From Candidatus Omnitrophota bacterium (GTDB lineage Bacteria; Hinthialibacterota; Hinthialibacteria; Hinthialibacterales; Hinthialibacteraceae), in NCBI GenBank assembly GCA_013177805.1, contig JABLXU010000008.1, forward strand, positions 33,239 through 97,238: DNA of 64,000 nt, in the 5' to 3' direction. Position 1 is the first letter of the stretch. Every line of letters starts with the position of its first letter. Position numbers and translations under genes: made by a program. This document shows, piece after piece, positions 18,676-27,548 of this stretch. The notes under the pieces are model-generated. The model saw only the letters and a list, made by a program, of their open reading frames with translations, made no database searches and was not told the origin of the DNA.

Positions 18676-19320
18676 CTACAAACCGTGTTGCTGAATGAGA
18701 CCACGGCTGTTCAATCCGTTGGAAGGTTGGTATTCCAGCCATAAAATCACGTTGTTGCCCACCACCTCATAGGGATTTTCGGTCCCGTTGGGGCCGATGG
18801 TTGAGACCATCCAGCGGGCCGGCTCGGGATGATCCTCGCTGTTCCAAAACCACGTGGGGGGGGAGCCGGTGGTTTTGACAAAGTAATCCCAATTGTAATA
18901 CCAATAGCCATGGAATTTGGAGAAAGGGCTGTAGAGTGAACCAGCGGCGATGTAGGCCACGGGCGTGGTCAGGTATTTGAGCACAGACAAATGGGTGGGA
19001 CGGATGATGATCGAGGTGCCATCATTCAAGGGGTAAGGAGGAATGTCGTTGTGGTCCACCCGGTAGGTGACGATTGAATTGTAGATGGAACGAATATCGG
19101 CTTGGCTGCGTGCCACCTTGGCCTTGATCTGGGCATTTAAAAAATTGGGCAGGACAATGAGGGCGAGAATTCCGATGATCGCCACGACCACCAACAATTC
19201 GATCAAAGTAAAAGACGATTTTTCGCCCACTTTGTGCTCCCGCCCATGATCCGGCCTCGTTCCCATTCTACTAATCATAGTGTAACGTCTATTGGACATC
19301 AACTCAATTTGGAATGACAA
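18676..19320 (-). CDS. prepilin-type N-terminal domain protein (pseudopilin-like), atypical cleavage site
   Basis: ...GEKSSFTLIELLVVVAIIGILALIVLPNFLNAQIKAK. The hydrophobic class III helix is present, but Ser rather than Gly precedes the Phe. The true start is uncertain (Met codons at 19320, 19299, 19278, 19266). Confidence 0.7.
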   Translation of the reverse strand: MSFQIELMSNRRYTMISRMGTRPDHGREHKVGEKSSFTLIELLVVVAIIGILALIVLPNFLNAQIKAKVARSQADIRSIYNSIVTYRVDHNDIPPYPLNDGTSIIIRPTHLSVLKYLTTPVAYIAAGSLYSPFSKFHGYWYYNWDYFVKTTGSPPTWFWNSEDHPEPARWMVSTIGPNGTENPYEVVGNNVILWLEYQPSNGLNSRGLIQQHGL

Positions 19321-19372
19321 CTTGTTACATCTCGGCTACATTAAGCCAACAGGTTTTTGATTAAATGTACGC

Positions 19373-20752
19373 ATGCCACCCAATTTTTTCCGTGGGAGAT
19401 TACTCATGATTGCTTTTCAATCGCTGATTTTGTTGATTTTAGGTATGGTATGGCTCATGCCGTCTGCTGCTCATTCGGAAATTGTTTTGGAGTGGGGCCC
19501 CATCTTGGGCACGGGACTGCGTTCCTGCACCCTCGCTTGCGGAGACCTCAATGGCGATGGCAGTCCTGATTTGGTCACCGCCAATATCTACAGCCATTCA
19601 CTTACTATCGCCTACAACGACGGCCGTGGTAATTTTAAGGAAATCAAGGAGATCCCGCTGGACCAGGGACGCAAGCACCCCGTGGCGGTGGCCATTGGAG
19701 ATCTGGACGGCACAGGGAATCTGGATATGGCCGCCGCTTTTGTCCAAAACCTGGACCGGAACTCCTTGGGCACTCCGGCGGAATCCGGCATTATCTTTTT
19801 CTTTGCCGACGAGGTGGAAGAATTTATCCAGATCTACCAACCCATCGCCGGCATTCCCTCTTCAGTGAAAATTGTGGACCTGGATGGTGACGGGGATAAC
19901 GATCTCCTGGTGGGCAACAATGGCGAATTGGGTATTGATCCCGTCAGCGGAAGGATCATCCAAAGCGAGGCCGGGTTGTATTACTATCAAAACCGGGGAC
20001 GTGGACTTTTTTCCGCTGGATCGCCCCGCTACACCGAGGGCAGCCTGGTCAACTTTCTGCCCTTTGATTACAACCAGGATGGCCGCATGGACGTCGTCGG
20101 GATCAACCAGGGAACCACCGATTTCGACGCGAATTTCAATTTCATTTTTGTGGACATGAATCTTTCGATCTTCACGGGAGGCGAGACCGGCTTGGGCGAA
20201 ATCAATCCCCAGTATATCAATTTCTTCCCGTGGGATCTGGACCGGGGGGATGTGACCGGGGATGGAGTCGACGACCTGGCTGTCAGCAATATCGGCGATA
20301 TCTACCAGTTGACCAGTTTCTTGGGAACGAACGCGTCCATCAATTTATTCGAAAACCGCTCAACCCGTTTCACCCCGTGGAAATCGATCCCCATGACGGG
20401 AGTGACCTATGCCGTGCTGGTGGATGATTTCGACCTGGACGGCGATGTGGACATCATTGCCACTGTGCAAGAAATTGTAAATGTGGGCGGCGCGGCCCGC
20501 CTGGACCCGTTTTTGCGTGTGTTCGAAAACGATGGACAAGGCGAATTCACCCAGACCGCTTCCTTGCCGTTGGAGGAAGAACCCCGCTACGCCGTGAAAG
20601 GCGACTTTGACCAGGACGGCGATACGGATCTGGCGGTACTGTGTGTAATTATCGATACCGCCGGGGCGGCCAACGCCCTCAATGGACGGATTTACGTTTT
20701 CTACAACCAAGCTATCCAATCCTCATTGGCCTCCGGCTGGGAGTTGTACTAG
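19373..20752 (+). CDS. FG-GAP/VCBS repeat protein (secreted)
   Basis: Repeated GDLNGDGSPDLVTAN, GDLDGTGNLDMAAA, VDLDGDGDNDLLVGN, GDVTGDGVDDLAVSN, DDFDLDGDVDIIAT and GDFDQDGDTDLAVL motifs. A signal peptide follows the alternative start at 19406. Confidence 0.8.
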   Translation: MPPNFFRGRLLMIAFQSLILLILGMVWLMPSAAHSEIVLEWGPILGTGLRSCTLACGDLNGDGSPDLVTANIYSHSLTIAYNDGRGNFKEIKEIPLDQGRKHPVAVAIGDLDGTGNLDMAAAFVQNLDRNSLGTPAESGIIFFFADEVEEFIQIYQPIAGIPSSVKIVDLDGDGDNDLLVGNNGELGIDPVSGRIIQSEAGLYYYQNRGRGLFSAGSPRYTEGSLVNFLPFDYNQDGRMDVVGINQGTTDFDANFNFIFVDMNLSIFTGGETGLGEINPQYINFFPWDLDRGDVTGDGVDDLAVSNIGDIYQLTSFLGTNASINLFENRSTRFTPWKSIPMTGVTYAVLVDDFDLDGDVDIIATVQEIVNVGGAARLDPFLRVFENDGQGEFTQTASLPLEEEPRYAVKGDFDQDGDTDLAVLCVIIDTAGAANALNGRIYVFYNQAIQSSLASGWELY

Positions 20753-21056
20753 CCGGACGATCTTTGAATATTTTTTAAATTTCGCTTATTTTATGAATAG
20801 AATTCGATCAATCATGACTATAATGGTAAACTAATTAGGTACTGTACGAAATGGGATTGCCGGTTATGAATCAATTGAAATAAAATAAAAATTTCAAAAA
20901 TTTCATCTGGACCTCTTGCTTTACTCGTACCATAATTTAACATAAGTACCACATTATATTTATCTTAAGTTTTAATTATTGATCCTCCCACCGTTTTTCC
21001 CTCTCCGATGGGTATCACCTCCTGCTGCAAATCAGGCTTGTGCATACGATTAATTG

Positions 21057-21084
21057 TTGACTTAATCACTAAATTTAGTATAAT
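21057..21084 (+). promoter_or_regulatory. near-consensus sigma70-type promoter for the orphan gene
   Basis: TTGACT (21057-21062), 16-nt spacer, TATAAT (21079-21084). It sits in an AT-rich tract 86 nt upstream of the ATG at 21170. GAAGGAGG RBS at 21149-21156. Confidence 0.5.
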
Positions 21085-21169
21085 CTATATAAAATAGGGA
21101 TGAGAAGATGACTAACTCAGTCACCTTTTGAGCCCCCAGGTTCAAATAGAAGGAGGCCAGAGTTGATTC

Positions 21170-22846
21170 ATGGCAAAGACAAGTGCAGCGTCAACATCCT
21201 CATTTCCCCTCACTTTTGGCCTGGACATCACGCCGTGGGAAAATTGGGTATCGGTTTTCCGGAAAGTCTTAGAAACCATTGCGTCCCAACCCAATAGAAC
21301 GTATCTTCAATCCAAAACCAGCGTACATGAGTATTTTGAGCAAAATCCCCTGGCTTTTCACCAGCCGATCGCTCATGACGAAGACGCGAAGGCCGTTCTG
21401 GACACCGTTTTCCGGGCGGAGGAAAGCCTGATCCGGGAGAATCCCCGCCAGGAGGAGTTATACCGGCGGGTGGGCCGCCATGTCCGGGAGCACATGGCCG
21501 GTCTGCTGTTGCGGGAGCATTTGTCCTACCTCCAAGGGGTTCTGGAGCGCAACCGGGAAGGCGCGGTCGAATTGGCTCAGCGGCTGAATGTGCTCGACCG
21601 TTTTGAAGGGAAGAAATCCCTCGAGCGGTTCCGGAAAAAAATCAGTTTGTACCATGAGGTGGGATCGTTTGTCCATGCGGCGGAATTGACTCTGTCCACG
21701 GTCAAGGTCAAAGCCCGCTCGAGCGCGCGCGCCCAGAGGGGAAACTTGTGGCCGGTGGACCGCCGCGGGAAATACGAATTTTTGGAAAACCTGGCGGACC
21801 AGGGCAAGGTGGTGCCTCCCTTCACCGAAGCCGATCTGGAGTTTCTGGTCAGCCAGTCAAGCCTGGAGATGTTGCATAAAAAAACCGAGTTGTTGCTGGA
21901 GGAACTCAACTTCGTTGAACCCAACCGTCTCAAGGCCAACTACTCCCGCCTGCGGGATCATCTGATCCGTTCCAAACAACGCAAGACCGATTTCGAACGC
22001 CGCCGCGAGTTGTTGCTCAAATTGGGCGCGACCGTGCAGCAGGTGGATTATATCTCCGCCCGGGCCACCTACCAGACCATGAAGAATTTGTTGAAGCTGG
22101 CGAACGGGAAGCTGGCGATATCGGATCTCATGGGCGGCAAGCGCACTATCCGGAAATTGCTGCGGCGGCGGGGCAAGGCGCAGAGCCGGGCCGAAATCCA
22201 GATCACGCAATATCTGATCAAGGAAGAAGGCATCGACCGCCAAGTGGCCGAAGCGTATGCCCGCACCCGGAAAAACCACTCGCTGGCCCATCTGAAACAA
22301 ACCGTGCAATTCTTGAAGGAGAATTACGAGCGGTTTTACCGGAATCATTGGGGATTTCCTATCCAGAAAAACGTGTTGCGGCGGGCCTTGGAACTGGGGC
22401 TTTCGCGGCAAAAACTGAGCAAACGGGCGTTGTCCGCCAAGGATTTCATCAACGACTTGCGCCGTTCGCTGGCTCTTGAAGAGGCGTTGGTGGTCAAAGA
22501 GCAAAGCAACCTCACGCCGGACGCCCGGCGGCAGGCGCTCACCCCTTTCAAAGAAGTGTTGGATTACGAAACTGACACCTTTACGCGGAAGCAGTTGTAT
22601 TTTATTTATGAACAATTCTGCCGTTACGGCCTTTGTATCCCCAAGGACAAGTTGAAGCAAATCTGCATGCAGAATAGTGATTTATTCCCTTCCCCCCGGA
22701 AAGTTCAGGACGCGTTGGAAATACTCAATGGCGCCTACCGGGCCATCGGTCAGCTCGGCGAACAGCTCTGCGTTCTGCCCGACTATCTGCGCCTGCCGGC
22801 CGATAAGGATCAAAACGGGGTGTATCCCAACCCCATCAGCAAATAA
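21170..22846 (+). CDS. hypothetical protein (558 aa, basic, predicted all-helical, no recognised domain)
   Basis: Long ORF with a strong RBS, a consensus promoter and its own terminator. Composition is rich in K/R/E/L. I recognise no family motif. Confidence 0.7.
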   Translation: MAKTSAASTSSFPLTFGLDITPWENWVSVFRKVLETIASQPNRTYLQSKTSVHEYFEQNPLAFHQPIAHDEDAKAVLDTVFRAEESLIRENPRQEELYRRVGRHVREHMAGLLLREHLSYLQGVLERNREGAVELAQRLNVLDRFEGKKSLERFRKKISLYHEVGSFVHAAELTLSTVKVKARSSARAQRGNLWPVDRRGKYEFLENLADQGKVVPPFTEADLEFLVSQSSLEMLHKKTELLLEELNFVEPNRLKANYSRLRDHLIRSKQRKTDFERRRELLLKLGATVQQVDYISARATYQTMKNLLKLANGKLAISDLMGGKRTIRKLLRRRGKAQSRAEIQITQYLIKEEGIDRQVAEAYARTRKNHSLAHLKQTVQFLKENYERFYRNHWGFPIQKNVLRRALELGLSRQKLSKRALSAKDFINDLRRSLALEEALVVKEQSNLTPDARRQALTPFKEVLDYETDTFTRKQLYFIYEQFCRYGLCIPKDKLKQICMQNSDLFPSPRKVQDALEILNGAYRAIGQLGEQLCVLPDYLRLPADKDQNGVYPNPISK

Positions 22847-22884
22847 TCAGCCAATAATACGTTAAGCCCTCTACTTTCCTCCAT

Positions 22885-22919
22885 CTCCCGGAGTCACGTG
22901 TGATTCTGGGAGTTTTTTT
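22885..22919 (+). terminator. rho-independent terminator after the orphan gene
   Basis: CTCCCGGA (22885-22892) pairs with TCTGGGAG (22905-22912), with one G-U pair and a 12-nt loop. T7 follows at 22913-22919. Confidence 0.6.
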
Positions 22920-23024
22920 GAGATTTTTCGGGTGGCGGATCGGCCTTTCATCCCTTTTCCCTCCTCCATCCGGCATTACAATCAGGCCAAGACACTCACC
23001 CTGGCCGGATCGAAGGGACTGCTC

Positions 23025-24491
23025 ATGCCGCTGGATGCGTATGAACCCACATTGTTTGAACTGGATCACGGCGGGCCGGGACGCCCCTGGTTTCCCGCGT
23101 CCGCTCCGGACGACACGCCGGTCGAGACCTGGATCCCCGCGGAGAGTCTCGCGCCGGCCGCACCTTTGTTGCCGGATGTTAGCGAGCCGGAGGTGATCCG
23201 CCATTTCACCCGTTTATCGCGGCGGAATTTTTCCATCGACAGCGGTTTTTATCCCTTGGGATCGTGCACCATGAAGTACAATCCCAAAATCTGCGACGCG
23301 ATGGCGCAATTGCCGGGTTTCGCGGATATCCATCCCGAATCGCCGGCCGCGTTGGTGCAAGGGACATTGCGCGTGGCGTATGGGCTGCAGGAAGATCTCG
23401 CGCAGTTGACCGGCATGGACCGTGTGACCCTTAATCCCTGCGCGGGGGCGCATGGTGAGCTGTGCGGCATCCTGATGATCCGGGCGTACCATGAAGACCG
23501 GAACGACCGCCGCTCCATCGTGCTGGTGCCCGATTCCGCCCATGGGACCAATCCGGCCACGGCGGCGATGGCGGGGTACCAGACCGTCGATCTTCCTTCG
23601 GCGGAGGACGGCCGGGTGAACCTGGACGAGTTGAAACGCCACCTGAATTCCAATGTCGCCGCCTTGATGCTGACCAATCCCAACACGCTGGGCTTGTTCG
23701 AGAAGGACATTCTCGAAATCGCCCGGTTGGTGCATGAAGCGGGCGCGCTATTGTATTACGACGGAGCCAATCTCAACGCCATCGCTGGCATCGTCCGTCC
23801 CGGGGACATGGGCTTCGACGTGGTGCACATCAACCTGCACAAGACCTTCTCCACGCCTCATGGGGGAGGGGGGCCGGGCAGCGGCCCCGTGGGCGTGCGG
23901 GAGCATCTCGCGCCCTATCTGCCGGTACCGCTGATCCACAAACAGGACGGCCGCTATGTCATCATCAACGAATCGCCGAAGAGCATCGGCCGGTTATCCA
24001 CTTTCTTTGGCAACGTGGGGATTTACCTGCGCGCGTATGCCTACCTGCGGCTGCACGGCCTTGAGGGCATCCGGCAAAACAGTGTCAACGCCGTGCTCAA
24101 CGCTCGGTATCTGCAGCAGCGGCTCCGGGATTTGATCCCGCCCGCGAAAAACGGCGAGTGCATGCACGAATTTGTTCTCACCCTAAAAGACCATGAGCGG
24201 TTCGGCCGCTTGAACGCCATGGTCCTGGCCAAGAACCTGATCGACCGCGGATTTCACGCCCCCACCGTGTATTTCCCCCTTATTGTGAAAGAAGCCCTCA
24301 TGTTTGAACCTACCGAAACCGAGTCCAAGCGCACCTTGGACGCCTTCGCGGACGCCGTCGCGGAAATTCTGCGGGAGTATCAGGAAAATCCAGAGAAGGT
24401 TTTGCACGCGCCGTACACCACGCCCGTCCGCAAACTGGACGAGGTCACCGCCGCCCGCCAGCCGGATCTTGTCTTCCCCCTCCCGAAATGA
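23025..24491 (+). CDS. gcvPB: glycine dehydrogenase (decarboxylating) subunit 2
   Basis: The ATG at 23025 in track ORF 22932..24491. Motifs are SEPEVIRHFTRLSRRNFSIDSGFYPLGSCTMKYNPK and the PLP-lysine region VHINLHKTFSTPHGGGGPG. No gcvPA, gcvH or gcvT is adjacent. Confidence 0.9.
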   Translation: MPLDAYEPTLFELDHGGPGRPWFPASAPDDTPVETWIPAESLAPAAPLLPDVSEPEVIRHFTRLSRRNFSIDSGFYPLGSCTMKYNPKICDAMAQLPGFADIHPESPAALVQGTLRVAYGLQEDLAQLTGMDRVTLNPCAGAHGELCGILMIRAYHEDRNDRRSIVLVPDSAHGTNPATAAMAGYQTVDLPSAEDGRVNLDELKRHLNSNVAALMLTNPNTLGLFEKDILEIARLVHEAGALLYYDGANLNAIAGIVRPGDMGFDVVHINLHKTFSTPHGGGGPGSGPVGVREHLAPYLPVPLIHKQDGRYVIINESPKSIGRLSTFFGNVGIYLRAYAYLRLHGLEGIRQNSVNAVLNARYLQQRLRDLIPPAKNGECMHEFVLTLKDHERFGRLNAMVLAKNLIDRGFHAPTVYFPLIVKEALMFEPTETESKRTLDAFADAVAEILREYQENPEKVLHAPYTTPVRKLDEVTAARQPDLVFPLPK

Positions 24492-24625
24492 TAGAAACAA
24501 AAAGGATTGCATGCGTCTAAACGAAATGTCGTTGAGTCAGGACGGTTTGAGTGAAGCGTAATTCCCCATGGTTAACCTGTTTTTCATCAAGAACGTCTTG
24601 GCGCACAATAGGGGGGTCTTTTCTG

Positions 24626-24662
24626 CCCCCTCTCCCCCCGGGAGAGGGCCGGGGTAAGGGAA
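24626..24662 (+). repeat. GC-rich palindromic intergenic repeat, copy C
   Basis: ccccctctccccccgggagagggccggggtaagggaa. Confidence 0.65.
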
Positions 24663-24780
24663 ATTAGAACCAAAGGCCTGACATTGCTTCCTCGTCGGTG
24701 GGAAGATACTAACATCGGAAATGCAGGGTTTTTTAAAATATATAAAATAATATTGAAGTCCATCATAACGGGAGGAAATC

Positions 24781-26295
24781 ATGATCATGCGCGTACTCGG
24801 TGTGAGCCTGATGCTATTGGCAGTGGGGGCGTTTTCGGCCGCGGGGCAGGACGCCACGATCAAGATTGATATTGAACGAACCATCGGCGCGATCGATCCC
24901 ATGATCTATGGGGGATTCATCGAGCACATGGGGCGCTGCATTTACGGAGGCATCTACGATCCGGGCAATCCGCTTTCGGACGAAGACGGGTTCCGGAAGG
25001 ACACGCTCCAGGCGGTGCGGGATCTCCAAATGCCCATCATCCGCTGGCCGGGGGGCAATTTTTCGTCTGGTTACCACTGGATGGACGGCATCGGCCCCCG
25101 GGAGAAGCGCCCCGCCCGCGTGGAGCTGGCCTGGGGAAGCGTGGAGAGCAACCAGATCGGCACCGATGAATACCTTGCCTGGTGCCGCAAAGTGGGGACG
25201 GAGCCGTATATTTGCGTCAACCTGGGGACCGGCAGTTGGGAAGAGGCCCGCGCGTGGGTGGAGTACTGCAACCGCCCCAAGGGGACCTATTACGCCGACC
25301 TGCGCGTCCAAAACGGCCATGAGGAGCCCTATGGCGTGAAATATTGGGGGTTGGGCAATGAAATCGACGGCCCCTGGCAGATGGGGTATAAAAACGCCGA
25401 AGATTACTCCAAATTCGCCCTCGAGGCGGCCAAACTCATGAAGTGGATGGACAACAAAATCCAGCTCATTGCCTCCGGCTCCAGCCACTTCGGCGCGGAC
25501 TGGATGGAATGGAACCGCACGGTGCTGGAAACGTTGCGGGATCAGATCGATTTCATCTCGCTGCACACCTACGTCGGCAGCCGCGGGAATTACCTTGAAT
25601 TCATGGCGCAACCGGTGAACGTGGACCGGCGCATTGAGCGCACCGCCGCGCTGATCGAAGAAACCCGCCTGCGTCACAATATCCAGAAGCCGATTTACAT
25701 CGCCTTCGACGAATACAACGTCTGGCACCGCGCCAACGCGCAGTTTGAGGTACCCTACGTGTTCGAGGACGCGCTGGTGGTGGCTGGATTCCTCAACTCT
25801 TTTGTCCGCCATGCCGATTCGGTCAAAATGGCCAACATGGCCCAGGTGGTCAACGTGCTGGCGCCCATCCATGTCGAAGAGCGGGGCTTGTATCTCCACA
25901 CCATATATTTTGCCTTGCAGCTCTTCGCGCGGCATTGCCATGGAAACGCCTTGGATATTTTCGTGAAATCGCCCACCTTCGACGCGGCGGGATTCAAGGG
26001 CGTGCCTTATCTCGATGTCAGCGCCGCCTACGATCCAGCGAAAAAACAACTCGTCATCGCGGCCGTCAACCGCCATCCGGAGCAAGCCCTCAGTACCCGG
26101 ATTGTCAATCAAACCGGCGCATTGAAGGATCAGGCCAAGGTGTATGAACTTTTCCATGAGGATCTGAAAGCCGCCAATTCGTTCGATGGCGCGCCGGTTC
26201 AACCCGTGGAGAAAACCACATCCTGCCAGGCGGACGGCCTGACCTATACCTTCCCGCCCCACTCGTTTTCCCTGATCGTGGCGGAAGTGGAATGA
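24781..26295 (+). CDS. alpha-L-arabinofuranosidase, GH51-like, with signal peptide
   Basis: IYGGFIEHMGRCIYGGIYDPGNP, RWPGGNFSSGYHW, WGLGNEIDGPWQMG (acid/base Glu) and IAFDEYNVWH (nucleophile Glu) motifs. GGGAGG RBS upstream. Confidence 0.88.
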   Translation: MIMRVLGVSLMLLAVGAFSAAGQDATIKIDIERTIGAIDPMIYGGFIEHMGRCIYGGIYDPGNPLSDEDGFRKDTLQAVRDLQMPIIRWPGGNFSSGYHWMDGIGPREKRPARVELAWGSVESNQIGTDEYLAWCRKVGTEPYICVNLGTGSWEEARAWVEYCNRPKGTYYADLRVQNGHEEPYGVKYWGLGNEIDGPWQMGYKNAEDYSKFALEAAKLMKWMDNKIQLIASGSSHFGADWMEWNRTVLETLRDQIDFISLHTYVGSRGNYLEFMAQPVNVDRRIERTAALIEETRLRHNIQKPIYIAFDEYNVWHRANAQFEVPYVFEDALVVAGFLNSFVRHADSVKMANMAQVVNVLAPIHVEERGLYLHTIYFALQLFARHCHGNALDIFVKSPTFDAAGFKGVPYLDVSAAYDPAKKQLVIAAVNRHPEQALSTRIVNQTGALKDQAKVYELFHEDLKAANSFDGAPVQPVEKTTSCQADGLTYTFPPHSFSLIVAEVE

Positions 26296-26340
26296 AATTA
26301 TGTAAAATATCCAGTGAAAATATCCGGGCAAGGATCCGGC

Positions 26341-26447
26341 ATGATCGATCCCCAGATGCAGGACAAGGTGGTGCTTGTCACCGGAGCCAATCCGGGTATG
26401 GGAAAGCCGTGATACCCATCGGCCGAGAACGAGGCAGCGTCTTGACT
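26341..26447 (+). pseudogene. relic 5' fragment of a short-chain dehydrogenase/reductase gene
   Basis: Bases 26341-26412 read MIDPQMQDKVVLVTGANPGMGKP-stop, giving the SDR Rossmann motif TGxxxGxG. In the adjacent frame the sequence continues GKAVIPIGRERGS, resembling the next SDR helix. No further SDR sequence follows. Confidence 0.4.
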
Positions 26448-27191
26448 ATGGAGACTCTGTGCCTGTTCGGTTTGCCCATTCACAATGCCACTCTTCCGGA
26501 AGCGTTGGCGTGGATCCTGTACGCGCCGCCGCCCCCGCCAGGAATTAAGCTTTATTTCGTCAACGCGCATTGCGTGAACGTGATGCATTCGGACCGTGCC
26601 TACCGCGAGGCCTTGCTGCGGGCCGACGGCCTTTTCGCGGACGGCACCGGCATGCGGTGGGCGGCGCGGGCGCTGGGGCACCGGTTGCGGGACAATGTGA
26701 ACGGCACCGACCTCTTTCCGCTCCTCTGCCGGGCATTGCTTGGTAGCGGTCTCCGGATTTTTCTCCTGGGGGGTGAACCGGGCATCGCGGAGCGAATGCG
26801 GGACCGGATCGGGGCGCAATATCCAGGGCTGAACATATGCGGGACACATCACGGATTTTTCCTCCCTGATGAAAACGATCAGATCATTCAACTGATCCAG
26901 GATGTGAAAACCGATTTGCTGCTCGTGGCCATGGGTGTCCCGCGGCAGGAACTCTGGCTGGACCGGCATCTGGAACAAACCGGCGCGCGGGTTGGCCTTG
27001 GCGTGGGCGGCTTGTTCAATTTCTATTCGGGAGCCGTTCCCCGCGCCCCGGTATGGATGCGCCGCGCGGGTTTGGAGTGGCTACACCGGTTGTACCAGGA
27101 ACCCGGGCGGTTGTGGAAGCGGTACCTCATCGGAAATGGGTGGTTTTTGTGGCGGTTGGCGGGAGAATGGATGAAGCAGCGGATGTCATAA
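26448..27191 (+). CDS. WecG/TagA/CpsF family (GT26) glycosyltransferase
   Basis: The ATG at 26448 in track ORF 26292..27191 gives METLCLFGLPIHNATL. Family motifs are YFVNAHCVNV, ADGLFADGTGMRWAA, NGTDLFPLLC and MGVPRQELWL. Confidence 0.85.
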   Translation: METLCLFGLPIHNATLPEALAWILYAPPPPPGIKLYFVNAHCVNVMHSDRAYREALLRADGLFADGTGMRWAARALGHRLRDNVNGTDLFPLLCRALLGSGLRIFLLGGEPGIAERMRDRIGAQYPGLNICGTHHGFFLPDENDQIIQLIQDVKTDLLLVAMGVPRQELWLDRHLEQTGARVGLGVGGLFNFYSGAVPRAPVWMRRAGLEWLHRLYQEPGRLWKRYLIGNGWFLWRLAGEWMKQRMS

Positions 27192-27310
27192 AGGATTGCT
27201 TTCACCCTGAGTCTTTCCTGCCAGGATAGGGGATTTAAGATTAATGGTACTTGCCAGCCGAATGACAAGCACACGCGGATATCACGGTAATGCAACAATG
27301 TTGCCGCTTG

Positions 27311-27382
27311 CAGAGAAAGAAGATGCGTTTCACTCTTTCAGGGCCACCCTCACCCTGCCCTCGCCCAGAGGGGGAGAGGGAA
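27311..27382 (-). repeat. GC-rich palindromic intergenic repeat, copy D (extended form)
   Basis: Core ccctcaccctgccctcgcccagagggggagagggaa (27347-27382), preceded by hairpin GAAAGA-N-TCTTTC. It lies between 10-bp direct repeats GGTACTTGCC at 27246-27255 and 27470-27479. Confidence 0.65.
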
Positions 27383-27548
27383 AGTGAAGCGTTCTCATCC
27401 ATACTCAGGCCACGAATTAAGCTCTGAGGTCGTTTTGCATTCGAGTGAAGTGATATACGAAAACATGCCGGTACTTGCCGATGGACTCCCGTGAGTTTAA
27501 ATGGACAAGGAGATGGGTAATGTTTTTTAGAAAACAAGGTTGTCGAGC

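Noticed and set aside
20753-21169. The AT-rich tract as a replication origin (oriC/DUE)
   Set aside because: I found no TTATCCACA-type DnaA boxes on either strand and no dnaA, dnaN or gidA context. A promoter and leader for the downstream orphan gene explains it better.
22240-22350. Two Rx4H matches (RTRKNH, RFYRNH) in the orphan protein, suggesting HEPN RNase motifs
   Set aside because: They lie about 25 residues apart within one helical stretch, unlike the spacing of HEPN domains. Rx4H is short enough to occur by chance in an Arg-rich protein.
24814-26331. A 505-aa ORF on the minus strand that mirrors almost the entire GH51 gene
   Set aside because: The plus-strand frame carries unmistakable GH51 motifs (GNE acid/base, FDEYNVW nucleophile), an RBS and a signal peptide. 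The antisense product is Arg/Gly/His-rich with no motifs. This is a typical shadow ORF in GC-rich DNA.
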